Assembly (NCBI RefSeq): GCF_002105155.1
Contig: NW_019029000.1
Span: 62,001-126,000, forward strand
Origin: Lobosporangium transversale
Lineage: Eukaryota
DNA: 64,000 bases
Direction of reading: 5' to 3'
Shown: piece by piece, positions 38,101 through 50,890 of the stretch
How positions within the stretch are numbered: position 1 is the first letter of the stretch
Layout: every line of letters begins with the position of its first letter
Translations under genes and position numbers: made by a program
The notes under the pieces: model-generated
Databases searched by the model: none
Told to the model about the DNA's origin: nothing
What the model saw: only the letters and a program-made list of their open reading frames with translations

Positions 38101-40122
38101 TTTTGAGTAGGTATACATGGGCAACGCGTAGCACTTCTTTGTTTTGAGGATTCTCTACCAACTATCACACAATAAAAACAAAATTTTAGCTTGCTTCTAT
38201 CAAAAACTATAATGATTATCATGACGCATGACCTTCTTATATTACCTTAAGATGGACGCTAAGGAAGCCATTTAAGAACATGGCAACATTTTTGATATAA
38301 AACTGTTCATCGTCGGAGGCATTCTCGTACATTTCAGCAATATCTAAATTTCAAATGATGTATTAGAATCCACCATGGTTAACTCATATAAACCCAGATA
38401 TTGAACACCGACAAAGGGCCTCTATAAACTTACTCCCTGACATCGGAATAGTCTTGACAACCGAAGTCATCACAATGTTGAAAAGAGCGACAAACTTGTC
38501 GTTATATTCAGGTGTTACGGATAAATTACCGATCTCGGTAAGGCAGCGTAGGGTCACATTTCGGAATTGAGGAACATCCAGGAACTGAGAATAAAGGGTC
38601 AATAAGGAAATTAATTAGTACTCATCAATGATTACAATGATTCCATATTCCCTTTCCAATGATAATATTATATGCTAGACTCACCCTGGCACGGAGGTTC
38701 TCGACGAGATTGGTCTCAAAGATATAGCCAAGCGGAATCCAATTAAGGAACCTCAATAACGTATCGAGCGTCGCCCTAATCAAACTAGGCTTGTTGGCCT
38801 TCTCCAAAACCTCACTACAGAGCTGGAAGATTTCTGAAAACTCTCCACACATAGAGTTTTTAAGATTCTTGGTTTTGACTTGCGTCATTTGCTCCGCTGA
38901 AAAGTCAAAGATTTCTTCGCTAATGCATTCGAGTGATGTATATGTAAATATATACAATATAGACAGAAGCTTATTGATATCTTCGATCCAAATGTAAGAA
39001 AATGCGGCACTGCGCTTTGATGGGCTGGTTTGAGACTTACCTCAAAAGCTTCAAAATGACCATGTTGTTCTCACAGAGTGATAAATTAGATTTACTAGAG
39101 CTGACAATCTCTGGGATAAAGCTGGGCCAGGCATGCGGCCATTCCTGCTTCAAAATCTACAAATTGTAAAGGACGAGTTGATAGTGAGATATCAAGCTGG
39201 TACGACTCAATCTGTCCAGATCCGCGCAATTGAACGGATATTATGAGCTGCATATATACCTGAACTAATACTAGATTCAATCGATGAAGGAGAATCTTTT
39301 CGCGCACAAGGTTGGCTTCATCTGATGAAAGCTTGACAATCAATCCAACAGTGAAATTGCGAATTCCTATATTAAGATCAGCTCCAGATTCATTAGAAGC
39401 TGATATGTGGATTCAACTGATAGATAAGAGGATTGTGATATTACAAACTATGGTCTCACCTTGACGCTGCTCAGGAGGCAGCAGTTTCCACCGTGTTTGA
39501 ACCAGCTTGGCCAGGATTTGAAGCGCAAAGAACTAAAATTACCAAAGTATTAATACGATGCTCGTCAATAAAATAAAATAAAATAGATAAAAAAAGTTCA
39601 TGGCTTATTTCCTAGGGCTATAACTGTAAAGTCCTTACGTCGTACCTTTGTATTTGAGTCCTTTGAGTTTTCAAGAATAGTGTCCACACGTCTCCAAGCA
39701 TCAGGATTTTCCTGGAATTGTGTCATGACCTGTTCAGCCATTTTGTGCTAAAATATATAACAATTTTTTTTTAGTAAACTTGGATCTCCAAATCGAGATG
39801 TTGGGCCGAACAGAGCAAAATGAGCCATGGCACTCGGTGACGCCAATTGTACACTCTCACTACCACGAGCAATTGAACAAGAATCTACATGGGTGCCCAG
39901 ATATGAAAACTGGTGAAATCGGCGGTCACTTACGTCAGGTCCGGTGCTACTGTAGAAGGTCTGCACTACCTTGTCCAGTAAGCCCACATCAAGCTCACGG
40001 TTAAAGTCAAGAACGACCTGTCGCAATCATGAATAGAAGGAAAAAAACCTTTAGTAACGGAATGAACTAGTGACAAGTGAGTTATGACATGAATTGAGTA
40101 ACAATGTAGCCAATACCTCCAT
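35121..40122 (-). CDS. CRM1: Exportin-1 (nuclear export receptor), multi-exon
   Basis: 6-nt first exon (ATG GAG, 40122-40117) then [18 protein letters not shown]. Conserved [81 protein letters not shown], and C-terminal [10 protein letters not shown]. Confidence 0.97.
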
Positions 40123-40715
40123 GTTCAATTGTTATGGTTGAGATTGATTCCGAGAATTATTTGTGCTAAAAGTACTACGATCTTATTGCTGCTGGTTTAC
40201 TATCAGATGTGCCCTTTTCTATATCACTGAGTCTGCTGCTTATATTTGCATATATGGGTTTTTATATGTTTTTTTTTTTTGTCTCTTGCGGTATTTTTGC
40301 TGTCACAAAGCCGAATGACGATTGACAGTCGAAACGCGAGAGCGGCGTCCAGAACAGAAGAGAAGGGAACTTGAGAAATGTGAGAGAATTGAAATTACAG
40401 TGCAGTGCAATGCAAAGAGTGTTCTGTTGAAGGAGGAAAGACAAAAAGACGGCAAGGCGAATTTTCTGGAAAGGAGCAAAATAACGTGTAGTGGGAAAGA
40501 TCCGTTGGCTGAAATCAAAGCCTGTGCTTTGTGATTCAGCAAGCTACTCTGATCGATATGAGGGCAAAAAAAATCATTCATCTCACTTGTTTTGGCTTCC
40601 AGTCCAAAAAGCCGTCAATTCTAACACTCATATTGCACGCTTGATCACCTCTATCACACAAATAATTCATAGAAACTACATAGCTACCTTCTTTTCTTTT
40701 TTCTCCCCATAGGTT

Positions 40716-41017
40716 ATGCGCGGACGGCTGCCAGAAGCATTTCCTACACCGTCCTTGCTTCAGGAGCTGACGGCTATTAACATTCATACAAATCCATCAA
40801 AGCACAGTGCTGACGAGTTTGATGGAATTTACGAAGAGCAAGTTCTTCTTCAGACACTCGTTCGCGAAATTACTGACGAAGCTCATAGCTGCCTATCGGC
40901 GTCAGGCATCAAAATTAGACCGTATATCTTGAACCAGCGTGAACATATCGCCTTGCTTGGTATTGCCCATTTGGTCCAGCAAGACATGCGAGCGCTTCAA
41001 TACGAACTATGTAAAGA

Positions 41018-41048
<31 letters not shown>

Positions 41049-42499
41049 CGCCCAAAGAAAAGGCTTAGGAAGCCCTGTGAATGGAGCGATAATGATAAAT
41101 CTTATTAATATTAGCGCGCGCCGGTCGGCCACCTGATCAACGAGACGGGGAGTATAAACCGGCACCTGATTGGGATGAAGACTATCTAAATAAGCTACTG
41201 GCTGATTGGAATGAACCCGTGGTTCTGGAAGCAGATTATTACCTGCTGCGATCCATGTGTCTATACGACCTGGGCACATCAATCCAAGTCAAAGTGCTTG
41301 GTCCAGATCGGGTTGAAAAGTACATGAACATGGCGCTGAAGCTGGCGAAGAAAGGCTCCAATATACTTCAAAGTGTATTGGCGGAGGCTGACAAATCGAT
41401 GGATGAATACTGGAGATATCCAACAATAATCAGCTATATCCATCAATACCAGGTTTGTAGCTACTCTATTGGAAAAGCCATTCACCAAAGGTTGGGGATA
41501 TTCTGTAGTATTTTATTCATAATTCTTAATGCCTTGGCTTTATTGAATTCTTAAAAAAAAAAAAAAAAAAAAAAAAAGACGACGATGACGATCTCAGAAA
41601 TTAGGAAGTTTGAAACAGTAGTCAAGTTACCGGCCTCTGAACAGCTTTTGGAGAAAGCTAGACAGCAGGCAACTCTAGCATTGCAATCGTTCTATCTTGG
41701 CATTCGACGATATCCAAGCATATCTAATTCATCTAACGAGTCATTCAGGGACCAAGAATGGAGCAACATGGCTAAAACAGCTGAACTATACATACCTCTA
41801 GCAAACGACTTCCTCGAGCGCCAAATATGGACACAGCATGTAGTCAAGCTCCTCAGCGGCGCGATTCTTGAGAAAAAAACACGACGCGATGATCTGCTCA
41901 TAAGGATTTCAAAAATATATCTTGACTTTGCTCTTTCGATCCACGAGCTGCCTGAGAAATCTCTTGTCTATCCGCGAGTCAGTCCAATGTTTCATGAGAT
42001 GCAACGTGCAGCACTTTCGGGTAAGATATACATAAAATGACCGGACGATTTTTTCTGTGATCCTCGTAAGGGGTTTTCCAATCAGTAATGATTTAGTTTT
42101 TGTTTTGCCAATGATGCTATCCTATCTGTAGCTCTTGTGTATGCCAAGCATGCTATGGAAAATGCACGTTTAGAGGATCTTCAGCCAGAACATTATTCGC
42201 AGGTAGGTGCCTTTGTATTCTAAGTTGTACTCACTCATATGCCCACCATCCTTTCAATCTAAAGATCGTGTATTTGAGTCGGATATTAGATAATAGACAG
42301 TTTATACATGATGTCGCTAGTGTGTGTGGATCCACGACTGATCCATTTTTACAGCCGAAAGGCGACTCAATGGGTCGGGCAGCTCATATTGACTTTTCGT
42401 CATCATCATGTTGACCCTGGGTATCTTCACTCAGCCAAACTCATGGCTGCCAAGGATAAAGCCATGCAATTAATTGCACAAAGACGTCGAGAGAAATAA
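40716..42499 (+). CDS. Hypothetical, probably alpha-helical protein (about 451 aa, 5 exons)
   Basis: Exons 40716-41010, 41115-41452, 41579-42020, 42132-42202 and 42290-42499 join in consistent phase with GT-AG borders. No family recognised. The true start may lie upstream, since an acceptor-like TAG precedes 40716. Confidence 0.7.
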
Positions 42500-42632
42500 A
42501 ATATGCCCAACAAGTTGCGGTCTTTTTTTTTCAGCAATAAACATTTATATTTTAAAGTCACACACTCCAGACCTGACATCAATGCGCTTACACAGAGCAT
42601 AATTGCCACCAAAATTTACCACGCGTGGTTTT

Positions 42633-42665
<33 letters not shown>

Positions 42666-42786
42666 ACAAGTCAACGCCACCATCACACCATCGCCTGTCG
42701 TTTCATTACAGAAGTCCTTCTCTAGATACAAAACGGAAAGAAATCATCAGCCCTTGCCTAATATTGCAATAGGAGCGCAAGGCATC

Positions 42787-45700
42787 ATGGGCAATTTTGA
42801 ACTGGATGAGGAACTTAGCAATGTGCAACAGGACTCGATCCACATTCCAGGGGAAATCACTATTGAGGGAGAAAATCACAAAACTCTGGAGCGAATTCTG
42901 AATGGTAGTTTTACGAATATTGAGACAGGAACTTCCCAACATTAAACTTTCCAAAGCAATCACCACTCATCCAATATTGTGTGTTTCACTATTACAAATA
43001 GAAATTGTCGATACACTGCATGATGCTTCAGGCAATATCACCGACAACGAAATTTTTGATAAAATCAGAAGTTTTATCAAGTATGTCATTTGTCCATAAG
43101 CGGCGATTCTTGAGAGAAACATGAAAGTGGATCCTCAGCAACAAACTAACACCGGCCCTGTCCATTTTGCGCTATATAGACACTTCAACACCCTTAAAAA
43201 GTCAACAGCCACAAAAGTTTGGGATATTGTTCTCTCTGGTAACGACAGATCCGTGCTTTTTTTTATCTTTTTTTTCTTCCAAACATTAGAGTACAATAAT
43301 GTCAAATGCCCTTCTCAGACTTACTCAATTCTTGAATCCCAATATATTGCCTCACTGGAATGAATGTAATTTTTTTTAGGCTTCGCCTCAGAAATCGCTT
43401 CAACAGCTCAGGACTTGGAGATCAACGACCAAGATGTTTACATGCAACATCGTGAAGCATTGGAGATGTACGGGTTCCTGATTTTTTGGACCATTGGAAT
43501 TACAGAACAGAAAGCAACCTCCCGTGCGGCAGTGTCTGAAAAGGCTGGAAAAGCAACGGTCAGTCTTGTGCTGAAACGGCCTCGATTTGAATTTAGCTGA
43601 TTGTACTCGTTTTTTCTTCCCAATCTGACTGCTTTTTTCCCCTCATCTGGAAAATAGCGTGCAAAAGGGGCACGATCTGGCAAAGATAATGATGAAGCGG
43701 TTGAAGGAACCTCCACATGGACTACTGAGAAGCAGAAGGCACTGAGCTTAATGAGCAAATGTTTAGAACTGCATCTTTCCAGGATATGGACTGCAACGCA
43801 TGAGAAAGAAACATTTGTTAGCTTGTTCTTCAAACCCGCCTATCAGATCCTCGAGAACAAAGAAAACATTAAGATTGTAGCGCTTAAACAAAGAGTTTAC
43901 AAGGTTCTTTGTATTTGTATAAAGCGGCATAATCACGAATTTGGTAAGATATGATTTAACACCTTGTTGCTGAAACTGATGGAGGCTAAATCAAAGACCA
44001 CTAAGGGCTCATTGATTGTTTTGGTTGTCATAGGTGCACGGACGACCATCCTACAAAATCTTCAGTATTGGGAACACACACCAGAGCCTATGGCAGAACT
44101 GTTAGAGATGCTAATCAACGAATATGACTATTCACAACTCACTGACAGTATCCTCAGAGATATCAGTTCAAAGGAATTTGATGAGGCCTACAAGGATGTT
44201 AGCGTGCCGAAAGCATTTTCAAAATTCCTAACCAAGCTTTCAGAAGTTGCACCTAAAGTGGTCCTCAAACAGATGGGCCTTTTAATTGATCATCTGGATG
44301 GGGAGGTACCGTATTTTATCCAGAGTTGCTTTTCCGACATCGAAAAGATTATTAGACCAAGACTATTCTGCTAACCCATATTCTTCTCATGCTTGTACCA
44401 CCCATAGTCGTACATCATGAGACAAGCAATTGTCGAAGTTATTGGGAACTTGATTGCATATCTTTCTGAAGTCGAGCAAACGGATCAAGTAAAGAATCAG
44501 ATTGACGGATTTTTCGATATCTTGGAAGAACGATTTATGGACAATAACTCATATGTACGCACTAAGCTCTTGCAAATTACCAGTCAATTGTGTGATCTTC
44601 GCGTCAAATTTCCCAAACGTCGTCAGCGTCTGGCAGAGCTTGTCATTGGACGATTATCGGATAAGAGTTTCTGGTCCCGTAAACAGGCAATCAAAACTCT
44701 TGTACGCATGATCGAAACTCATCCTTACTCGATGCATGGAGGAGAGCTTAATTTGGAAGACTGGGAGATTCAATATACAGAAGTTACAGATGAACTCAAG
44801 GCGATGATTACGAAACCATCTAGGAGGAAAGCAGCTTTACAGGGCAACAGTGAGAGTGAAGATGCGTTGGAAACTGATAGGATGGACCAGGAAGAAGATG
44901 GAGAAAGCGATAAGGATATCGCTCTTCCTACAGACGAGGAGTTGCTTGCATTACAGTCATCCAAGGAATATGTCACTAAAACTTTACAACAGCGATATTA
45001 TGCCGATGCAATTCGCTTCATCCATCTCATCCATCGTGCAGTACCAGTTATGTGCGAATTATTGGCATCAACTATGAAGCTGGAAGTCATTGAAGCCATG
45101 GATTTTTTTGTAACAATTCACCGCTATAAAGTTCAAGTTGCAACCGTAAGGTCCATAATGCTAGACTCGCGGGACAGAACATTATGAAAATTTAGAAAGC
45201 TAACAAGCGCTTAAATCATCTTTTTGCTTTAGGAGGGGATCCGTAAGATGGTTCACCTGGTATGGATGAAAGATAATGGTGATGAAGCCAAAAGCGTGCG
45301 TAGTCGGCTCATGGAATGCTATTGGCAGATATACCTGGCTCCTGATGATACTTTAACCGAGAAGGAAAATACGGCGGTAATTGCAAGGAACCTTGTCAGG
45401 TAAAAAAAAAAAAAAAAAAAACCTTGTAATCTAGATATAATAGGGCGTTAATAAGAGTATTTTAATTGAAAGTGGCTTCTCCCTAATCTGGCACATTCTC
45501 CTCTCAGTCTAACATATGATAGTACTTTGGCCGAATTAACGTCGCTAGAGCAACTACTCAGCACAATTGTTGTGGACTCGATAGCTCATTCAAGTGATAT
45601 CACCATTTCAGACGAAGTCGTTGAGAAGCTATGGCAGGTCTATAGCCATCATAAAGACATTCCAAATGTTCAGCGTCGAGGAGCTATTATTATTTTGAGC

Positions 45701-47761
45701 ATGCTCGCTAAAGCGAAGCCAGGCATTGTCTCTCAAAAGATAGAGACTATTCTCAAAATTGGGCTTGGTAAACATGGTAAATCAGATCCTGCACTGGCTC
45801 GCTATTCGTGCATTGCCCTTCAGCGCATTGCTGGGGAGAGGAAAAAACAGAAAGGCGCTATTGGACAAAACACCGTTAGACTGCCTATGGATCATCCTAT
45901 TTTTATTAAGCTTGGTCATTTGATTGATCATCCTACGACATCCAAAAAATGGTATGACAATGAAGTTGAGTTATTATTATGGTCATTATTATTTTTTAAA
46001 AAAGACTTACATGGTTTCTGTTACTTATAGGTTCGCGGTGGTAGAGCAGGCAATAAACACAATTTATTTACTAGGTGAACATCCGGATGCCTTGTGTGGT
46101 GATATCATCAAAGCAAGATGCAAGTCGATTTTTAATCTGCAAGAACCAAGCGATTCACCTGGCGACCAAATGTCTATTGACGCTCCTCTGAGTTCTTTAG
46201 GTGAGGATGTCACCATGAGCCAAGAAAACGCATTTATGGTTGATTCCTGGCAACTCAGTCAGCTTCTAATGATTGTTGGACACGTTGCGATTAAACATAT
46301 CGTCCACATCGAGGTGATTGAAGAAGAGTTCAAACGTCGAAAGGCAGCTGCAGGGGATGAGAAGAAGAAGGGCAAAGACAACGCAGTGAATGATGAGTTG
46401 GACCAAGTTGTTGGAACCACGGAAGATGAGTTCGGTGATGCTATGGCACATATTCGGGAGAGGGAGCTACTCTTTGGTGAAGAAAGTCTGCTTCAAGTAT
46501 TTGGACCTTTAATCATCACTATTTGCGGCAATAATACTCTTTATTCGGTATGTTCCAATTTCAACTATGGAGAACTTTTTTCAGTGTTAAAATGATGGAA
46601 ATGCTTATTACTATGTCTTGTTTTTCTTTTCCTTTGTTAGGACAAAACATTACAAAGTTCCGCCACGCTTGCTCTTTGCAAGTTGATGTGCGTTTCATCC
46701 GAATTTTGTGAACATAATCTTCAGCTCCTATTTACAATCCTTGAAAAAACAACCGATCCCACGATTCGGTCCAATATTATCATCGCTCTCGGAGATATGG
46801 CTGTATGCTTCAACAATCTCATCGATGCTAACATTACTTATCTTTATAAGCGACTTTCGGACTCGGATGCCGCCGTGAAGAAGAACACATTGATGGTGCT
46901 CACTCATTTGATCCTGAATGGAATGGTCAAGGTCAAAGGTCAACTCGGTGAGATGGCTATCTGTCTTGTAGATGAAGATTCACGAATTAGCGACCTTGCC
47001 CGGCTTTTCTTTACAGAGCTTACTAGCAAGGATAATGCTGTTTATAACAATATGCCGGATATTATCAGCCACATGTCAAATGCGAATATCGATGAAGAGT
47101 CATACCATAAGATCATGCGCTTCTTATTTGAGCTCCTCAAGGAAAAGAACATGGAATCAATGACTGAGAAGTTGTGTCAGCGCTTTAAGAATACAGATGA
47201 ACCCAGGGGATGGAGAGATATTGCTTTCTGTCTGTCCATGCTACCATTTAAAACTGAGAAAAGCTTTAAGAGGTTGCTGGAAGGATTTCCAAACTACCAA
47301 GACAAGGTTCATGAGGAGCAGGTGTTCAAATATCTTTCGGATATCATTGCAAAGGTAATTATTAAACGTTGTGGACTGCAACTAAATCGTTGTGCTCTGT
47401 TTAGTATTTGGTCTCGGTTTTTCAATAATCGGTTCTCCATTAACACTATGGTTCTTGATATTGCATATAGGGCCGTGCCATCAAGCCTCCCAAACCTGAG
47501 ATGAAGCCCATCATTGATGAGTTTGAGAATAAGCTTAAGGAATTCAAAGCTAAAGGTGATGAGGTTCAAGAGACTGAGGCCAAGGCTATTTCGGCTGTAA
47601 AGAAAGGTAACCGGAAGGGAGGACGCAAGGCTGGAAGCTCACTGGCTGGACTAAAAGTCAAAGGAGTTCCAGAGCAAACAACCATGCCATCAGTTACGGA
47701 GAAGAGGAGAACCAGAAGCAGGAGAATCGAAGATGATGATGAATACGAAAATGACGATTGA
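42787..47761 (+). CDS. YCS4: Condensin complex subunit 1 (Cnd1/Ycs4/NCAPD2), multi-exon
   Basis: HEAT-repeat protein with LEERFMDNNSYVRTKLLQ, DELDQVVGTTEDEFGDAM, and Cnd1 domain KLMCVSSEFCEHNLQLLFTILE...IRSNIIIALGDMAVCFNNLID...VLTHLILNGMVKVKGQLGEMA. Confidence 0.95.
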
Positions 47762-47772
47762 AAAGGCCGAAT

Positions 47773-47804
<32 letters not shown>

Positions 47805-48005
47805 CAACTTGTATAATTAATATCAAAATAATAAACATTTAGTGGCAAAGTGTCAAAGTGTCAAATGAGATCGCATTTGCTTCTGCCTGTCAAATAGTGA
47901 AAGTGAAACAAATCTCAAAAGATATTCCCTCATCCTGATTACTCCATCCTTCCTTTCTGCAAAAGTAGCACAGCAAAGAATTTCTATCTCTATTGTCGTT
48001 ATTAA

Positions 48006-50275
48006 ATGTTGCTGTTATTATTCACTTCTGTCCCAATGGATATCAACGATGATTTGGTGTTTGACTTTGATGTGTCAATAGAAGAGCTTTCACAAGTAGC
48101 CGGAATGGACCCTCCTCAATCACGGGTGTCACAGTTGGGGCCTTGGACTTGCTCTGTGACTTTGGAAGATGGATTATCTGAACTTTGTCTCGTGGTCTCT
48201 ATCCGATTTCAACCTCTAGGCATGATGATGGTAGATGACGATCTGCAACAACAAGACCAAGTACAACAGTCGCAACATCAACCATTAGAAGAATGGGAAA
48301 AGGACAATATGCGTTATTCTCGGCTACAGATCTATTCACTGGCCGGAATGGATGATACTCAATCGCTTATTTTAGAGTCGCCTATACAGCAGTCTGAAAC
48401 GCTTACTTTTCAAGGTATGCAAGGTAAAGTGTCATCCTTACTTTATTTTATTATTTAGCGGCTTTATTAATGGCCACTTGTTCAGAAATATTCTAATATT
48501 CTCAAGGAGACAATCTCATTCGTCAACAATTGGTAGCTACAATTGAACCAGACTTTGTCCGACACCATGGCCGTTTTGTATTTCGGGTACTTCTCAGCTG
48601 TGGCTACAGTAATGTCAACGGCAGCAACAGCAACAACTTCAATGATGGTGATGCCGCACTCAACCCTGAATATCACATACGAAAATTTAAAACCTTTCCC
48701 CATCCCCCTCCTTCCTCCTTATTTTCGAGAAATAACTACTTTTCAATGGAATCGCAGCTCCATCTGAAGGGGATACTAGAGCGACCTGTGAATTCAGATA
48801 TCCAACTTTCGTTCCCTCATAACTCTTATCCATTCTATCAGAGATCATCAACGTCAATAGCCCTGAACAATGGTAACGCTACCCAAGAGCCTAATGCTAC
48901 AAGAAGGACATGGAGCAATCAAGGAGAAAGTGGCCAGCAAAAAGAAGAGCATCTCGTATTACGTGCTCATTCATGTGTTCTCAAAACAGTAAAGTCATCA
49001 TCGATAAATCGATTATTGAGTACTTGCCCCCCTTGCGAGCAACAACAACAGGCTGAGCGACAGCAACCTCGCAGTATCACCTCTACAACCACTATTCCCC
49101 ATCATAACCCCCCGTTGTTGCCGTCCATTTCGAGCAACACTGACGACATCACCAACATTGGTGCTAATAGTGGTCATCACAATGAGACATCTGCAATGAG
49201 AGCCCCTCTTTTAGAGCCCATTCGCGAGATCAGATTCGAAGATTCACCACCAGGAGCGGTGGAGGCTGTGCTGCGCTACATTTATCTAAGGCAATGGCCA
49301 GTGCTGGAGCCACTATGTGGGTATACCGTCAAGGACCTGATGGCCCTTGCAACATATCTACAACTTGAGAGTCTTCAGGAGCTCTGTATTGATTTGGTGT
49401 TGGGTAGGATCAAATGTAACGATCACCATGATGGCCATATTGTCTATAACAACAATAGAAGAGCCCTTGTGAATGACAATAGCGTAAGCTATATCGGCAG
49501 ACAAGCCAACAGCAGACGGTTTTGTTCCAGGAGGTTTCTATCGTGCTGGTCCTCCCCTTTCTCTTCCTCGCCTTTAACTTCCTCTTTCTCCTCCTCCTCC
49601 TCCTTGTCGCTTCGGCGACCGATTGGCTCTCGGCTTCGGCTCAATTGTAACTATGACAGTAACAACAATGTCTGGATAGCTGCTCAAGATTGCTCAACAC
49701 AGCAACAGACTCGTCCAAGGTATCATCCATACGAACGGAGTATGAATGAAGGATGCTTAAGAGCGTCCAAAGAGCTACACCATGACCCCAATCATACTAG
49801 GTTACCCTGTCAAACTTTGCAAACAGTGACTAGACATAATGGGCCCAGATCCGCAACGGTACCGAGGCTTTCACGATATCAACTGTATCAGACCAATGCT
49901 GCACAATGTACAGCCAGCCTCGAGAATCTGTTGCAAGTGCTCTTTAGTTGGGGTTACAAATTTCCAAAAATGCGTACAGAACTTGTTCGGGCCTTGGCTC
50001 ATACTCATGGAAGACAGCTCTTTTTGGAGCAAGCAGGCGGAGAAGTCCACAATAATGACAATTATAGTGAGGCAGCCTGCAGCACCCACCACCAGTGGAC
50101 AACAGCAATTGCAACAACGAGCTCGTCCTCAACTTCGGTCTTGACTCCAACCTCAGCAACAGTTTTCAGAAGAAATGGGGGGCTAGAGAGGTTTCGGGAA
50201 CATGAAGCTTATAGAGAGATAATACATGAATTGGTAATTGAGCATTTAATGGTCACAGCTTTCCACTCTGAATAA
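48006..50275 (+). CDS. BTB/POZ-like domain protein with large low-complexity insertions
   Basis: Exon 1 from 48006 or 48036 to 48414, exon 2 from 48507 to 50275. BTB elements SDIQLSF...LRAHSCVL...IRFEDSPPGAVEAVLRYIY...DLMALATYLQLESLQELC. Confidence 0.75.
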
Positions 50276-50430
50276 ATTGTACAAAAAAATGATGACAATG
50301 ACAATGTTAACTCGTGTAAGTCCATAAAGAAAAAGAGCAATAAAGGAAGAGATCTGGGCTTTGAATGTCAATCTTCAATTGCAGAATGCTCTACAGTAGT
50401 AAAAAAAGCCTTGATCTAGATCTGGAATTG

Positions 50431-50461
<31 letters not shown>

Positions 50462-50843
50462 CATGGTTTGCACAAGCAGAATAAAGTATTACACGTCGTA
50501 ATGTATATTTATATCTTCATGTCGTAGATACTCCTTGAAGTTGTCAAAGATGGACGATGTTAGCAGAAAGCACTGTAATAAGCATTAAAGCACAATAATC
50601 TTTTTTAGCATGCATTATGCAAGAATTAAAAAAAGAGTAATGCAATATAACCTTTGCATGTTTCTTTTTTTTCTTTTTTCTTTTGGGGTCACACACCAAG
50701 TTGATTTCTATGAGAACAAAACAACAAATAAAGGTATAAACTGATATAAATCAACATCAACATCGAATTCGTTCTTGATTGCTTTGTACAAGTATGAATA
50801 TTAATCTTTGTTTATGTTTTGTATCTCCTGCACCTGTGTTTAT

Positions 50844-50890
50844 ATTTGTATTTGTATTTGTATTTGTATTTGTATTTGTATTTTGTATTT
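50844..50890. repeat. (TTTGTA)n hexanucleotide microsatellite
   Basis: About seven tandem units read directly. Confidence 0.9.
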
